Source: the human T2T-CHM13v2.0 reference genome, Homo sapiens. Taken from it: a stretch of 64,000 nt of DNA. The first letter of the stretch is position 1; each line of letters opens with the position of its first letter. Location: the NCBI RefSeq assembly GCF_009914755.1, contig NC_060931.1; one strand, 5' to 3'. Below, piece after piece: positions 13,288 through 27,460 of this stretch. Under the pieces are notes generated by a model that had not been told where the DNA came from, did not search any database, and saw only the letters and a program-made list of their open reading frames with translations. Made by a program: the position numbers and the translations under genes.

Positions 13288-13419
13288 TTGTGGGATTTGT
13301 AAGAAGAACCATGATCAGCATCTTCTTTTATTGTGTGATACCTGTAAACTACATTACCATCTTGGATGTCTGGATCCTCCTCTTACAAGGATGCCAAGAA
13401 AGACCAAAAACAGTTATTG
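13288..13419 (+). CDS. PHF14: PHF14 coding exon (132 nt, phase 2/2): PHD finger core (S)CGICKKNHDQHLLLLCDTCKLHYHLGCLDPPLTRMPRKTKNSY(W)
   Basis: C4-H-C PHD ligand pattern; aag| acceptor and TG|gtgagt donor. Confidence 0.97.
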
Positions 13420-14604
13420 GTGAGTAAAATAGAGGAGATTTAGATGTTTGAATTGATTTACTCTTAGTTTCAGCAGTATAAGATGAAATACTATATTTGT
13501 TCATAATAAAGTATTTGGCACATTTTAAAATTGACTGTCATCAATATTTATTATAGCATTATGTGACTAAATCTATAACAGCTTTTTTGAGAAATGAGTT
13601 TTTCATTAATTGTGGCTATTATCTTAGCAATAGATTCTTCTTTAAGGCATGAATTCTGTCCATTGCTTATAATTCTCTTGTTTTATTGTTCAGAATTTCT
13701 CAAATGCTTTATTGTTATTTTGAAATTGAATTTATCTAAAATTTGCCATCATATTATGCTTTTACTTGCAATTTAATATTTTATTTTTGGATTAGAGTCA
13801 AAGGCTTTACTTCTGGTATTTGGTATTTGTGCTAGTCATTTAAATTCAACCATTCTTTGACATCTAGAAACATTTGATAAACATTTCTGATTTTTTTTTT
13901 TATTAACTTAGGCATATCGAATCACTACATTTGATAAAGGTTATAGTATCTATAATGAGTTTTATCCTTTTCTTAATTTTACTCCAAGAAAGGGACAGAT
14001 GTTCAGATTTTAATAGAATGATTTCTCATAGGAAGGAGAATATAGGAAAAGGAAAACTTTGGAATGAACATGAATATTCTTTTTATACAAGTTACCTTTC
14101 CAGTTTTAGAAAAGAGTGAACCCCAAATTTTTAAATGGTAATCTCTACAAGAGGTTGTGTGTGTTCCTCAAATACATTAGGCATATTTTTTGACCTCATT
14201 GTTTTATCACTTAAGGCTACCTCTGTTCATTTGATTAGGAAGCTGAAATTTTTTCACTATTTTCACATGATTGCTTTTTTATAGTGTTCTTTGTATCAGT
14301 TTGTTTTGAGATATTCATACTGGCCTGTTCTTTTGAAATGCAGTGGAATGTATTTATTATGGTTTTTATGTGCTTCAGAAACTGCTATAGCATATTCAAA
14401 TCCCAACAATGTTAATAAGCATCCTGGGTGAGTTTTTAAATTGAAAGCTAGTTTGATAGTCTCCAGAGCCAGGATGTTTTGCCATGAACTTATATAGAGT
14501 TATGCAGTTCTCTCCTTAAATGAAGTTATGGACCCTCCTGATACTGCTCAGCCTGCAGAGCTCTGGTTTCCAGCATGTGAGAGTTTCTGCAGCTAAAAAA
14601 AAAC

Positions 14605-14949
14605 ACACACAAAAAAAGGGAAATCATGTTCTTTGTAGCAACAAGGAGGCAGCTGGAGGCCATTATACTCAGTGAATTAACCCAGGAAAAGAAAACCAAA
14701 TACTGCATGTTCTCACTTACAGGTGGAAGCTAAACACTGGATAGTCATGGACATAAAGATGGGGCCTACTAGAATGGGGAGGGAGGGGAGCAAGGTTTGA
14801 AAAACTGTTGGGTAGTATACTCACTACCTGGGTGATAGGGATCATTCATATTCCAAACCTCAGTATCATGCAGTATACCCATGTAACAAACCTGTGCATA
14901 TACCCCCTGATCTAAAATAAAAGTTGAAATTAAAAAAAAAAGAAAAGAA
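14605..14949 (+). mobile_element. L1 3' end (L1PA15-17/L1PB-like), 5'-truncated
   Basis: gcagctggaggccattat...catgttctcactt...catgtaacaaacctg...aaaataaaagttgaa + A tail. Confidence 0.85.
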
Positions 14950-15402
14950 GTAATGTACATAGCCTGAGGTGTTTTAGTGAGAGCACTTCTAAAAGGGCGT
15001 AAACAACTTAGAGCCTTTTCATTGTTGTTAGTGGTTTTTAAGTAAAAGTAGAAGTTAATGTTGTAGCACAGTGAAGCCTTTAATTTCTCCTTGTTTCTAG
15101 TGATAACATTTCCTTTGGCCTCTAAGATCAACTTAGCTTTGGTTAGCAGTTAACTGGGTGTATTAATTTTGGAGTGTGCAAGATTCAGAGAATTGTTTTT
15201 TCTTTAGTGTACCTCAAATGTGGGAGGCAGTTTTTACTTTTTGCTTTTTAACATTTTCAGTTTATTTTTGAAGTTATACTAAAGATAATAAATACTCAAA
15301 ACTTAACACTTTCTAAATATTTTGTCACATTTTACTATTATCTATGCTCTAGAGGTTATTTAAGTCTATTGCATCTGGATGGTAGAAAAAAAATGATAAA
15401 CG

Positions 15403-15639
15403 CAGGTTGAGTATCCCTTATCCAAAGTGCTGGGGACCAGAAGTGATTTGGATTTTGTTTTTGTATTTGTTTTGGAATATTTGCATTGTACCTACTGGTC
15501 GAGTATCCCAAATCTGAAAATCTGAAATCTGCAATGCTCCAATGAACATTTTCTTTGACTGTAATGTCAGTGCTCAAAAAACATTTGGATTTTGGAGCAC
15601 TTCAGATTTTGGATTTTTGGATTTGGGATGCTCAACCTA
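15403..15639 (+). mobile_element. Tigger4a/MER46-type non-autonomous DNA transposon
   Basis: Terminal inverted repeats caggttgagtatccc / gggatgctcaacct; about 237 nt. Confidence 0.85.
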
Positions 15640-17664
15640 TGATAGTTGCTACTACACACCCTTTTCCCCATCCTACATTCTGTGATGCCATGTTGATAAT
15701 TTGAAATTGAAATTGCCATAGTTAGGAGTATTTGTACTGTAGAAATTACTAAATACTACATAACAGGGCTTTCCCCCAGAGGGTCAAGTGTTAGACATTT
15801 ACTAGCATATCACTGACTGATGTCTGCTTTAGACTCTACCTTGTTCTTACTAGTCCTTTCATTAGGGAAAGGGTCCTTTAATTTCTCCTTGTTTCTAGTG
15901 ATCAAATTTCCTTTGATCACTAGGGTCCTGTTACTGGACTCTTATTTCATGACTGTGCCTTAGTCTGCAGCTTGAACTTCCACAGGTCCCTCTGGTATAA
16001 TATTTCTGAATGGCCGGTTTATTTTTGCTGTCTTTATGTTTTGCAAGCCTGTGGTAGCACCCTTACTACTAAATACCCTGTAAGCAAACTGTACCTAGAA
16101 TTAATTACTATACAATCTGTTGCCTTCTCAGATATCATATTCTACTCTAATAACTATTTTAAGCACTTGCTATCCAGCCTTTTCTTCCAGTACCAGCACT
16201 GTTTTCAAGGAGACACTAGTTCTAGATTTGGATGCTTTCTTCAGTCCATCCCAGAGTTCTGTGGACTGTGCTGGGCAGGTTAAGACATGTGACATCAAAG
16301 AAAAGATGGATACAGATACAGAAGTAATTATTGGTGGAAGGTAGGGAAGTTGAGTGAATTCACCTTGGACAGGCTCAGATATTTCAGTGATATAGGAGTC
16401 TGTTGAGAGGGAAGAGACCTGGGATGATGATGGGCTCTTGAGAAGACAGCAGATGGTTGGTAACAACTTACTGTGGAAAAATCAAACTGACTTGCTGAGG
16501 CTGTGTAGCAAGAATGTTTAGTGCATAAGTAAATGTGATTATTTGATTTTTCTTGAATTATGCTCTGCTGCCCAGGAGAAGGAGAGGGGAAAACCTAGGG
16601 GCTTCTTAGGTTGGGCCAGGGATGTGAAAAGCTAGTAAAGAATATTATTAATAGGTGGGTGAAGAATTCCACAGAGAATAGAGAGGCTAGTGATGGTGTG
16701 ATCTAGGTTCTATTTTGTTTGTACCTCTTTCTAGTATTTAAAATGCATTTTGTCTCATTTTTAGTTTATGTTATTTTGATTTTTGTTGTTGTTTTTAAAA
16801 ATGTACAATCTCCACACTGCCTTAAATTCTAAGACACATTTGGTAGGATACAAATGGTAAGGGCTTGATTTATTAGAGTAGTTCAAATAGTTAATCATCT
16901 CTTAATTTTAGAAGACTAATGTTATATTTCTGCCTCCACTCATCTGATTGGAACTTGTGTTGCCTTTTCCAATTGTTTGAAGAATATTCTGAAACACATT
17001 ATTTAACAGAGAATTGAGTAATATATCCTTTTATTCCTTGGATATGTCTTTATTTTATGATGAAAAGAAAACTCAAACCCTTCTAGGAATAGTTTACAGA
17101 GGGTTTTTTCCTTTGTTTTTCTTGATAATTTGTTCATTTACATTTTTTTATTGCCTCTTCTTCCCATTAACCGCTAGTAGGAATTCCAGCATTAGAATGG
17201 GACATTTACTGTATATGAAATAACAGGTATATATCTGCTATTAAAGTTTTTACAGGTATTATAACTACAAAAAGAATAAAATTTACAAGTTGAGTTAAAT
17301 GTTGTTTTCTGCCCTTCAAAGAGATACCCATAATGCAGAAGTAGGAGGGACTGAGGTATTACTTGTCTGAGAAGAATGATATTTGAGCCACCTCTTAAAG
17401 TTTTATGTAGGCACCTGTCAAGACTTTCCTCTAAATACAGGAGAAAACATGGCTAACGGCTTAGACATAAGAAAAAAAAAAACTCTGGTGTGGGATCCTG
17501 AGTTCTTGATGACTGAAAAAGATAAATTGTGGAGGAGAAAAAAGTAAATCATGAATTATTTGGAATATGGAATGTTACTGGATTTATTTATTGCATTATT
17601 GCATTTAAAGATTCATAAAATCCTTTTTTTTTTTAACTTACACGAATAAAATTCTCTAAATTAG

Positions 17665-17971
<307 letters not shown>

Positions 17972-18118
17972 TAAATTAGTACACTTTCTTGTCTAAGCAC
18001 TATTAAACATTTTTCTTTAGTAACTAAGATTCTGAAATTCCATTGGGTCATCATTCTGATTATAGGTTGTAGTTGTATGGTGCTAGAAACATATAGAAGG
18101 TATAGAAAATTGAGAAAA

Positions 18119-18397
18119 GGCCAGACGCAGTGGCTCATGTCTGTAATCCCAGCACTTTGGGAGGCTGAGGCGGGCGGATCACTTGAGGTCAGGAGTTCAA
18201 GACCAACATGATGAAACCCTGTCTCTACTAAAAATACAAAAATTAGCTAGGAATGGTGATGGGGATTCGTAATCCCTGCTACTCAGGAGGCTGAGGTAGA
18301 GAATTGCTTAAACCTGGGAGGCTGAGGCTACAATGAGCTGAGATTGCGCCAGTGCTCTCCAATCTGGGTGACAGAGTGAGACTCTGTCTCACAAAAA
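18119..18397 (+). mobile_element. AluS with a small internal deletion
   Basis: Alu body; gaccaacatg lacks the gcctggc segment; tail runs into a GA-rich repeat. Confidence 0.9.
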
Positions 18398-18586
18398 GAC
18401 AGAAGAAGAGGAGGGAGGGCAGGAGGGAGGGAAAGAAGGAAGGAAAGAAGGGAGGGAGGGAGGGCGGGAAAAAGAGAGGAAGGAAGGGAGGAAAGAAGGG
18501 AGGGAGGAAGGAAGGAAAGGAAGGGAAGGGAGAGGGAGGGGGAGGGAGAGGGAGGGAGGGGGAGGGAGGAAGGGAAAAGAGAAAAA
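18398..18586 (+). repeat. Polypurine (GGAA/GGGA)n low-complexity repeat at the Alu tail
   Basis: About 190 nt, almost purely A/G. Confidence 0.95.
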
Positions 18587-18895
18587 CCTCTTGGTATTTC
18601 AACATGAAAGTTATTCTGTTGCATAAATTCCTGACATGGATTTTTATTATACTTTAAATTTTTAATTGGCTTGGATCAATTAAAAGGTTAAGATTATCTT
18701 CAGTATTGTCCATGGGAATTATAAATTTTAGGACTCTATTCTCATACAGTGTGCTAAGTAAAAATATATAGAATTAAGGTGAGTTTAGCTAAATTAATAG
18801 ATAATAGCAGTTTAGTGGATTATTGAAAGAAGCCAGGTATGTATTTGACTTTAGGAAAGATAATCATGATTTTCCTTAAAATATTATTTGATTTC

Positions 18896-19191
18896 AGCTG
18901 GGCGTGGTGGCTCACGCCTGAAATCTCAGCACTTTGGGGAGGGCGGGGCAGGTGGATCACGAGGTCAGGAGTTCAAGACCAGCCTGGCCAACATGGTGAA
19001 ACCCCATCTGTACTAAAAATACAAAAATTAGCCAGGCATGGTGGCAGGCACCTGTAATCCCAGCTACTCGGGAGGCTGAGGCAGAGAATTGCTTGAACCC
19101 GGGAGATGGAGGTTACAGTGAGCCTTAGATCATGCCACTGCACTCCAGCCTTGGCAATAGTGCAAGACTCTGTCTGAAAACAAAGAAAAAA
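18896..19191 (+). mobile_element. AluSg-like
   Basis: ggatcacgaggtcaggagttc; TSD ...attatttgatttc. Confidence 0.92.
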
Positions 19192-19794
19192 TAATTATTT
19201 GATTTCATTGAATTAGACAGGCCATGGCTTTATTCTAGGTTATTATTTCTTACCATCTTGTGTACCAATTAATGTAGCAGAAACATTTTTTACATATCTT
19301 AAAGGATATTTATAAGATGAAGACTATAGTGTTTAATAGATTGTTGAAGAATGGCTAAGAAGTATTATGTCCATAATACTCTTGTAGTCTACTCAGTGTG
19401 GACTCTATCTACTGCAACAATCATGTGGCGGTTGTCTTGAAATAGGAATGGATATATTCTGCATTGGCAGTTACATTTGTTTTGATTTTTTGAGTTGTTC
19501 CGTGTTTTGTGGTGTTCAGGGTGTAACATTTCTATTTTCTGGGAATTAGCCAAATTTCTTTGTCACCTAACTATTATTTATAGTGGGGATGGAAGTGAAC
19601 ATAAGAATAAAGAATGTCCTGACAAGGGTAATTGCTACCAAAAGAGAAGCGAAGAGGAAATATTTCAGTTTTTAAAACAAAACAAAACAATGATTTATCT
19701 GAAAAGGTACCTGCTTCTATACCTAGGGGATTTAGATAACATTATGTTTGCCTGTTATTTAAGTAGACAAACAACATATTTTAAAAGTAAATTA

Positions 19795-20105
<311 letters not shown>

Positions 20106-21110
20106 TTAGAACTGTTTGAGAAACTGACTACATTTCACTCAACTGATAGAAATGATCAGTTAGCATTAAGATTACAATTTAATGCTGAAAAGTGAAGCAG
20201 TGTGCCTTTTTGTAATATAATATGATAATTTCTCTAGTCATCTGTTTTGAAGGCTGTTGCATTTATTATTAGTTAACTAACAATATCTAACATTTCTGGG
20301 GTTTTCACAGTTCTGCTAATAAAGTCAGAATATACTTATCATTTCAATTCTGAGATTCTGTAAGGTGTGTATTTTCTTTTGCCAGTCCTTGATGTTTTCA
20401 TATGGGACAAATGCAGGAGCAATTTAATATATTCGTTTAGTTGTGTCTTTGTTAATGATGGTAATCTGACAACCTAGGGGATAACCTGCCAGCTATATTT
20501 ACATGAAGTGTAGCAATAGATACATAAAAGTTTTCTGAGTAATACATGATTATGTACATTTTTGTTTTGCTTTCACTGATCAGTATTTCTAGTGCTCAAA
20601 GTTTTGCTAACCTATTCTTAAATAATTGGAAATTTTAAGATATTTAAATTAATACGTTAAGGATTAATTTGTATTTTAGTAATAATATGTTTGCATTAAC
20701 AAAACAAATGGTACTTGGTATTTAACTCTTGTTGGAGTTCAAAATTTAAAGCTGTCACTTTGACAATTAAATATTAGTTTAATAAGTTCACAGTATTAGT
20801 GAAAGATGTGAATTTTGATGGAACGAAATCAAATCATAAATCTTTGAAAATACTTGCTATGAGAATTATAAGCTACATTCAAAGATACTGATATAAACAT
20901 ATAAACTAAATATCAAATACAATTTTACAGATTATAATCATTTTTATTAAGAGAATACTATCAAACTTTTGGAGAATTTGCTTTTGATCATTCTTTTACA
21001 TTTGAAGAAAATATGAGTAAAAATTTACTTTTAACAACTGGTTTTAACTTTTTGAAATGGTCCTTTATGATTGACAATATAAAGATTTCCAGCAGTTGTT
21101 GTTTAGATTT

Positions 21111-21308
21111 CTGCTGTCTAAATGTTAGCCACTAGCCACATATGGCTATTTAAATTTAAATCAATTAATATTAAAATGAGAAATTTTCTCAGTGGTATTT
21201 GCCACATTTCAAGTGCTCAGTAACCATCTATGGCTAGTGGCCACTGTTCTGGACAGCACAGATATGTAGATAATCCTAATATTATAAAAAGTTCTGTTGG
21301 ATACCACT
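21111..21308 (-). mobile_element. MER3 (hAT-Charlie)
   Basis: tagccactagccacatatggctatttaaatttaaa...gccacatttcaagtgctc...tggctagtggc. Confidence 0.8.
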
Positions 21309-21647
21309 TGTCTAAAGTTTTAGTTTCAATTAATTTTTAATATTACCCATATTAAAATTCTTTATAAATGCTACTTTAACAAATTCCTTTGATAAATAAA
21401 TGTATATTTCTTCTTTTAGAAGTAGTAGGGGCCACCAAATAATATGACCTTTTTTTTCCCCCAACACTTCTTGGAGTCTGTTTGTATAGTTTCTTTAAGT
21501 AGTATATTCAGCACAAGTTGTCACTGACTACAATTAAAAGATATGATAACTGTGACAAGGAGTAGTGTTAGGGTCCTTGAAGGACTTTGATTTTCAGGTA
21601 TCACAGTATATGTCATTTAAAGAAAAGTCATGCTTTCCAAAGGTAAA

Positions 21648-21919
21648 TTATTATTATTATTTAAGACAGGGTCTTGCTCATGTTACCCAGGCTGGAGTGC
21701 AGTGTTGAGATCATAGCTCACTGCAGCCTCCACCTCCTGGGCTCAAGTGACTCTTTCACTTCAGCTTCCTGAGTAGCTGGGATTATAGGCGTGTGCCACC
21801 AAGCCTAGTTAATTTTCTTTTTTTTTTTGTGAAGACAGTCTCTCACTATGTTGTGAGCAGTCATCCTGCCTCAGTCTCCTGAAGTGCTGGGATTATGGGA
21901 GTGAGCCACTGCAGCTGGC
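21648..21919 (-). mobile_element. AluJ, antisense, internal deletion
   Basis: catagctcactgcagcctc...ctcctgggctcaag. Confidence 0.88.
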
Positions 21920-22216
21920 AAAACCACCTTTTTAATCAGTGTTGAATCTCATGTTGGTTCACTTAAACATATAGCATTGTTAAATGTGTTCTTATACTTA
22001 CAGGATACATTAAATTGCCTTAAATATTATATTCATAGTAGTCACTCTTAGAGGAGTATTTCTGAATGTTTTTTCATTATGTACCCTATAATCACATTAC
22101 CTGTGTATATTTTTATATATTATTCTTATATACCTGGATTTTGTATTTATAAAAACTATAGCTAAAGCCAGAAGATAATAATAAATGCATGACTTAAATT
22201 TTTCCCCTTTATGTAG

Positions 22217-22385
22217 GCAGTGCTCGGAATGTGACCAGGCAGGGAGCAGTGACATGGAAGCAGATATGGCCATGGAAACCCTACCAGATGGAACCAAACG
22301 ATCAAGGAGGCAGATTAAGGAACCAGTGAAATTTGTTCCACAGGATGTGCCACCAGAACCCAAGAAGATTCCGATAAGAAACACG
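22217..22385 (+). CDS. PHF14: PHF14 coding exon (169 nt, phase 2/0): (W)QCSECDQAGSSDMEAD...PKKIPIRNT
   Basis: tttcccctttatgtag| acceptor and ACG|gtagtt donor; completes the PHD (WxCxxC); overlaps ORF 22185..22427. Confidence 0.96.
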
Positions 22386-22509
22386 GTAGTTTATTTTTTA
22401 TTTATCATAAGCATCATACAATTCTGAGGCCAAAATTTAAGAGAGTGAGAAAGACACAGGGCAAACATATACTCAGAAGTCAAAGAAAAAGACATCTATT
22501 GGTTATTCT

Positions 22510-23440
22510 TAACAATTTTTTTTCTATATTATGAAATATACCACATGCTTACCTGAGTGTTTGTAGTTTATATTTTGTTGGAGGCATAATATAAGGAACA
22601 CACCAGAGCATCCATCACCCACCTTGAAAGACAGACCATTCCCAAAGCTTTAGAAGTTTCCCGTAAACCCCTCGACAAGCTCATCTTTATCTGTCTAGCC
22701 CAGAGGCCACCTCTTTACTCAGCTTTACTTTTCTCATTCACTTCTTTTTCTTTATAGAAGAGATTTACACTCTAAATTTCTGTACTTATAAATAATACAT
22801 GGTTTATTTTTGTAGGTTTTGAATTTCATATGAATGGAATCAAATGTTTTTCTCTGGTAATTTGATATTTTGACCAAAATTATGTTGATTTGATTCAGAC
22901 ATGCTGATCCATGTAGTTGTAGTTTATTTATTGTCACTAATGTATAGTTTTCTATGGAAAGAATAGATTATTACCTAGTTTTTCTTTTGCTTTGTTGATG
23001 GGCAGTTAGGTTTTTTTCATGTTTTTCTATTCTATACAGCTTTGTTTAAAATATTCCTATAAATATCTCCTGCAGCATGGTAACAAGGAGTTTGTGTATG
23101 TATTAAGGTGTAGATTTGCTAAGTTACAGACTATCTGCATCTTCAGTTTTGCTAGATAACTGCAATTGTTTTCCAAACCAGTTCACACTCATACCAGCAA
23201 TGGATAATGTTTCTGTTGCTTCACAAAGTTTTGTCCAGTGTTTTAATGCTTTCCAGTGTGGTACAGGGAAAATAGTATCTTGACATTTTATGTTGCATTT
23301 CTCTCAGTACTAATGATTTTGTTCATCTATTTACATATTTTTGGTAAATTGTATTTCCTTTTCTGGGAAATGTGTATGCAAGCCTTTCACCAGTTTTTCT
23401 GTTGGGGTGTTTACCTTTTTCTCATTGCAAATTCTTTGAG
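22510..23440 (-). mobile_element. Old L1 (L1ME-like) fragment, antisense
   Basis: T-rich; gttttccaaa...cacactcataccagcaatg...ttgcatttctct motifs. Confidence 0.6.
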
Positions 23441-24769
23441 GCCAGGTTTTAAAGAGTTTCTTCTGGGGAAATCATTTATGTTCATGTTTACCAGGTACCT
23501 TGAAGGGGCCTCTACCAACTTGAGAATATTTTAAATAAAAGTTTGGTGTGTATGTTTTCTATTACATCAGGAGTGTAAATTTCAAACCTTTAAGTGCTGG
23601 CTTACAGTTATGAATTCTTAGGGCATACTTTCCTTGCTTGAGCTGAGGCAGGCACTTTTCAAAAATCTTCCTTTCCACAAGGGAGATACAAAGATATTTT
23701 TAGGGTTAGTTGTCATCATTTGTTCTGTTACCTGTTTCATTTTAAAGAGTCTTTAATTTTTTCCTTAAAGTAACAGTTTTCTCAAAAAACATTTTCTTAA
23801 TCTGTATTAACCTCCTATATTATAATCACTTAAAAGATCTTATTCAGGAGATTCAGCTTGATTTTTTAAATCAGTTTTGTGTTATGGGGTCATATAAAAT
23901 TTATGAGGCAAATCTTTATCTCTTAGATAATTGAAACAGTTTATTTTGGGTGCTCTAAGTAGATCAACTTGAAATAGTTTTTATTTGTAGTTTCAACTGT
24001 TTATAACTCTTTTTTTAGGCTTCAAAAATATATTTTGTTTATAAGGGAACTAGAGAGACTTTTCCTTTGTTAAATAAGCCGGCTAGTTTCTATTTCTAAA
24101 ATATTTTCTATAATTGTTTGAAAATGGTAACTAGTTATTCTTAAGATCTTAGAGAAGAGTTATTACTTCGTATGTCTGTCTACAAAGATTATCCTCTTAT
24201 GAAACATTATTTTTCCAGTTTCTTTATTGTTTCAAGAAAGCCTTTTGACTAGTATTATCATCCTTAACTTTGGAGTTATCATATAGAGGGAAATTATGTA
24301 TATTACAGTGAAATTTTTGTGCCCACAGTTCAGTATTACTTGAGATAAAAGAGAACTCTTTAACATTAAAGGATCCTTCTATTTTTTTCTCACCTTTACT
24401 GGTCTGCTTTTTTTATCCTAGAATTATAAGGAAGCTTTAAAATTTGCTAATATAATCCCATTCCTTTCATCTTGTTCTTTGTCTCTAGTTTTCTTGTTTA
24501 AAAGTTTTAGACTTCTTACAGATTTTGGTCAGTGAAACACCAGGGAAAGAGTCCATGACCAGTAATTTCAGGAAATGCAGTGTGATTATTTTCTTACTTG
24601 TAGAAATTCCAATGCATGTTGAAGCTCCAAAAAAAAAAAATCCTAATATTTAGAAACAGGATTACTTTTATCTATTCTTTTTCTTAACTTGTTTTTATCA
24701 AAAAAGCATTTTTTAAGACACTTTTTTTTTGGTAGCATAGAGTACTGTGTGGTGCTAAGTTTGGAAATG

Positions 24770-24960
24770 ATGCTCCGGAGACCATGGATTACTTGCATTA
24801 GGACCATCTTGGGTATTTGTTGAAATGTAGACTTTGGACCCACCCTAGAGCTAGTATAGACTTTGGACCCATTCTGGAATTAATCAATTAGAATTTAGGG
24901 GTTTGACTAAGCAGATTTCTTAGGTGCTACGCTTATACTAAATAAAAGTTGAAAATAACT
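24770..24960. mobile_element. MER5-like hAT-Charlie fragment
   Basis: tttgttgaaatgtagactttggacccaccctaga; contains a local 15-nt duplication tagactttggaccca. Confidence 0.5.
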
Positions 24961-27304
24961 ACTAATGGTGATTACCTTTCCTTTTTCCCTCTCATCTTTT
25001 CTGCCTGCCTTCCAACAATCCATTCAGAAAACCAGACAATTGGTGCGAGGTATCATACTAAACTGTTCAAGGAATGTAGGAATGAGAGATACAGAAGGGA
25101 GTGATCAGTCATTTTGGTCTTGATCTTACCATTTATGCTGAGTTCCTGTTGTTACCTTAAGTTTTTACTTATTTCTATTTGAGTTGTATTTATCTTTTTT
25201 AATCAATAGGTGGTATGGTGAAAAATGAGGTGTTCTAATTGTGTTTCTTAGAACAGTGTTAATTATGAGAGACCAGGCATACAACAGCTTACTAACTTGT
25301 ATAAATACCTTTTGCAATATATAACTAATTTTTCTCTCCCATTGTTACATTTTTAAACTATTGCTCCCAATATCCTCCTACTTACACTTTTATTTCAGCA
25401 CAGGTATTACAATTGGGAACATTCTGTCTTGTAATACATTATTATAGTATTTTTATTTTTGTCAGTTTTTCATTTTTCCTGCCATAAATTGATCAAAGTA
25501 TAATTTGTTTTCATGTTAGTCTTATTATTCTGTCATGATTTTGAAGAAAATTTTACCTTCATGACATACGTAGGGCAATCATGACATACCCCAAGCTCAT
25601 GGACCTGAACTCCTGGCAGACAGCAACTGCCCTGTTTACCACAGAAGAATGGGTCCCATTCTTCTTATATTTCATCAGTGAAACTATAGAATTATTGTAA
25701 AGGCAGCCTGAGATAGTTCTGTTTAAGTACTTTGTTATTTAGACATTTTCTCTGCATTATTTTCTATGTGGAAACTTTTACTTACTTTTAGGCAAGGAAA
25801 TTAATTTTGAAGAAAACATAAATTAGCTTACCCATATCCCTTTTGAAGTTACTTTAAAATTGGTGTTTATACTTGTGGACATATTTTCTAATACTCTAAT
25901 GTAACTTGAAAGCTTTCAGATTTTCTTTTTGCTTTCTTTGCACTCTAAGTCATGTAGTGACTTTTCATCTTTTGTAGAAGTGCCAAAGGACTTGTTGGGA
26001 CCTCTCTTTCCATTGTTTTTACACACACGCATGCATCATCTACTCTCTTTGAAGTTCTGAGATCTTTCTTCCTGACTTACAAATTCTGGTTGTGTTTTAT
26101 ATATTTTCTTTTTTGCAAAATAAATGCAATAAATAGGCAAAATACTTTTTAGCAGCTTTGACTGAAAACCATATTGTTTTTCAGGATGCATTATTTCTTT
26201 TAGATCATTATTTTAGAAGGAGATTTAAACACATCTAATCGTTTTTCCATCGCACTTAACAATGTGAGCCACTAGCCAGTTCTAAGTGGCAGTCTTTATT
26301 TGAGAGATAATCAAATATCCTAGAGCCTACTTTTATTACATTTATGTTTTAACTAATTTTACGCATATACAAAGTACCTATTTAATAATGTTTAAGCTTA
26401 AGTCTTGAGAATCTGAAAATATGAAATATGTTTCATATAAATATTTTTTAGATGTTAGTTTAGGAAAAATGTTGAAGCATTTGGATTCAGTTCTACTGAA
26501 GTGACTAAAGGTTACTGTACATTATGTTCATATTTATTTTACTTATTCTTATACTAACTGTTTGAATTACTACAGTTCTGGGAAAGAAGAGTTATTTGTG
26601 GGGGCTTTACATACCAGAGTTTTCTATTATCAGACTCAAGGTGACCTCTGAGGTACGAGTCAGATTATAAAACCTCTATCTGTCATAGATTCTTAGAAGA
26701 AACCCTGGCAAACAGTTTTTGTAGTGAACTAGAACTCACTTTGGCTACTTGGAAGAGATCTACTCTGTGGGTGTCCTTAGCTCAAGTAATCTTATTCAGA
26801 ACCCTGAGACTCCTGTTTTGCTTTTTGCCTCTTGGAAATCCATCACTTTTATTTATTCCCAGGAGTATGAAATAAAGATAAGAATAGGTGGAGCTTTCAA
26901 GACTTTCCTTATTTTGTATATACCATTATCTCTGAGAAGGTTTTTATAGCAGCACTTACTTGTCATGTAGAATACATATTTTATTATATATCATTAGACC
27001 CATAGTTATTTCAGTTTATAGTAGTTAAGACAAATTGGTTATGATTTTCTTTTTATTCTCCCATATATTTTCATAACCCTGTTAACATAAGCTAAATTAG
27101 ATAAAAAGAAACTCTACAGTCAATTGACCAAAGGGAAAGCACTCACTTTTGGTGACTGCCATTCCATTGGTTGTTTATTGGTAGCCAACAGAAACAGATG
27201 ACACCTTGTTCATAATTTGTTTTTTGTATATAGCAATTTTCTTTGAATATTTCATGAACTTTAACTTGTTTTCAATGCAGTTTCATAATTGAAAGACAAA
27301 TATT

Positions 27305-27460
27305 TTTAGGAATTATGTATATGTATAATTTTATATTTTTTAGAAATTATATTTTTATTATATATTGCTACATATAATATATGCTATACATATAATTTTA
27401 TATTCTTAGGAATTAAATATATATTATATTTTTATATATTAGAATAAATTTTATATTGAA
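27305..27460. repeat. AT-rich low-complexity region
   Basis: Degenerate tata/tttta repeats. Confidence 0.75.

Noticed and set aside
15972-16466. Overlapping 74-103 aa ORFs
   Set aside because: No recognisable domain; composition resembles a decayed LINE
18279-18657. Lys/Gly/Arg/Glu-rich and Pro/Phe/Ser-rich ORFs of about 100 aa
   Set aside because: Translations of the GA-rich repeat and an Alu; no independent coding evidence
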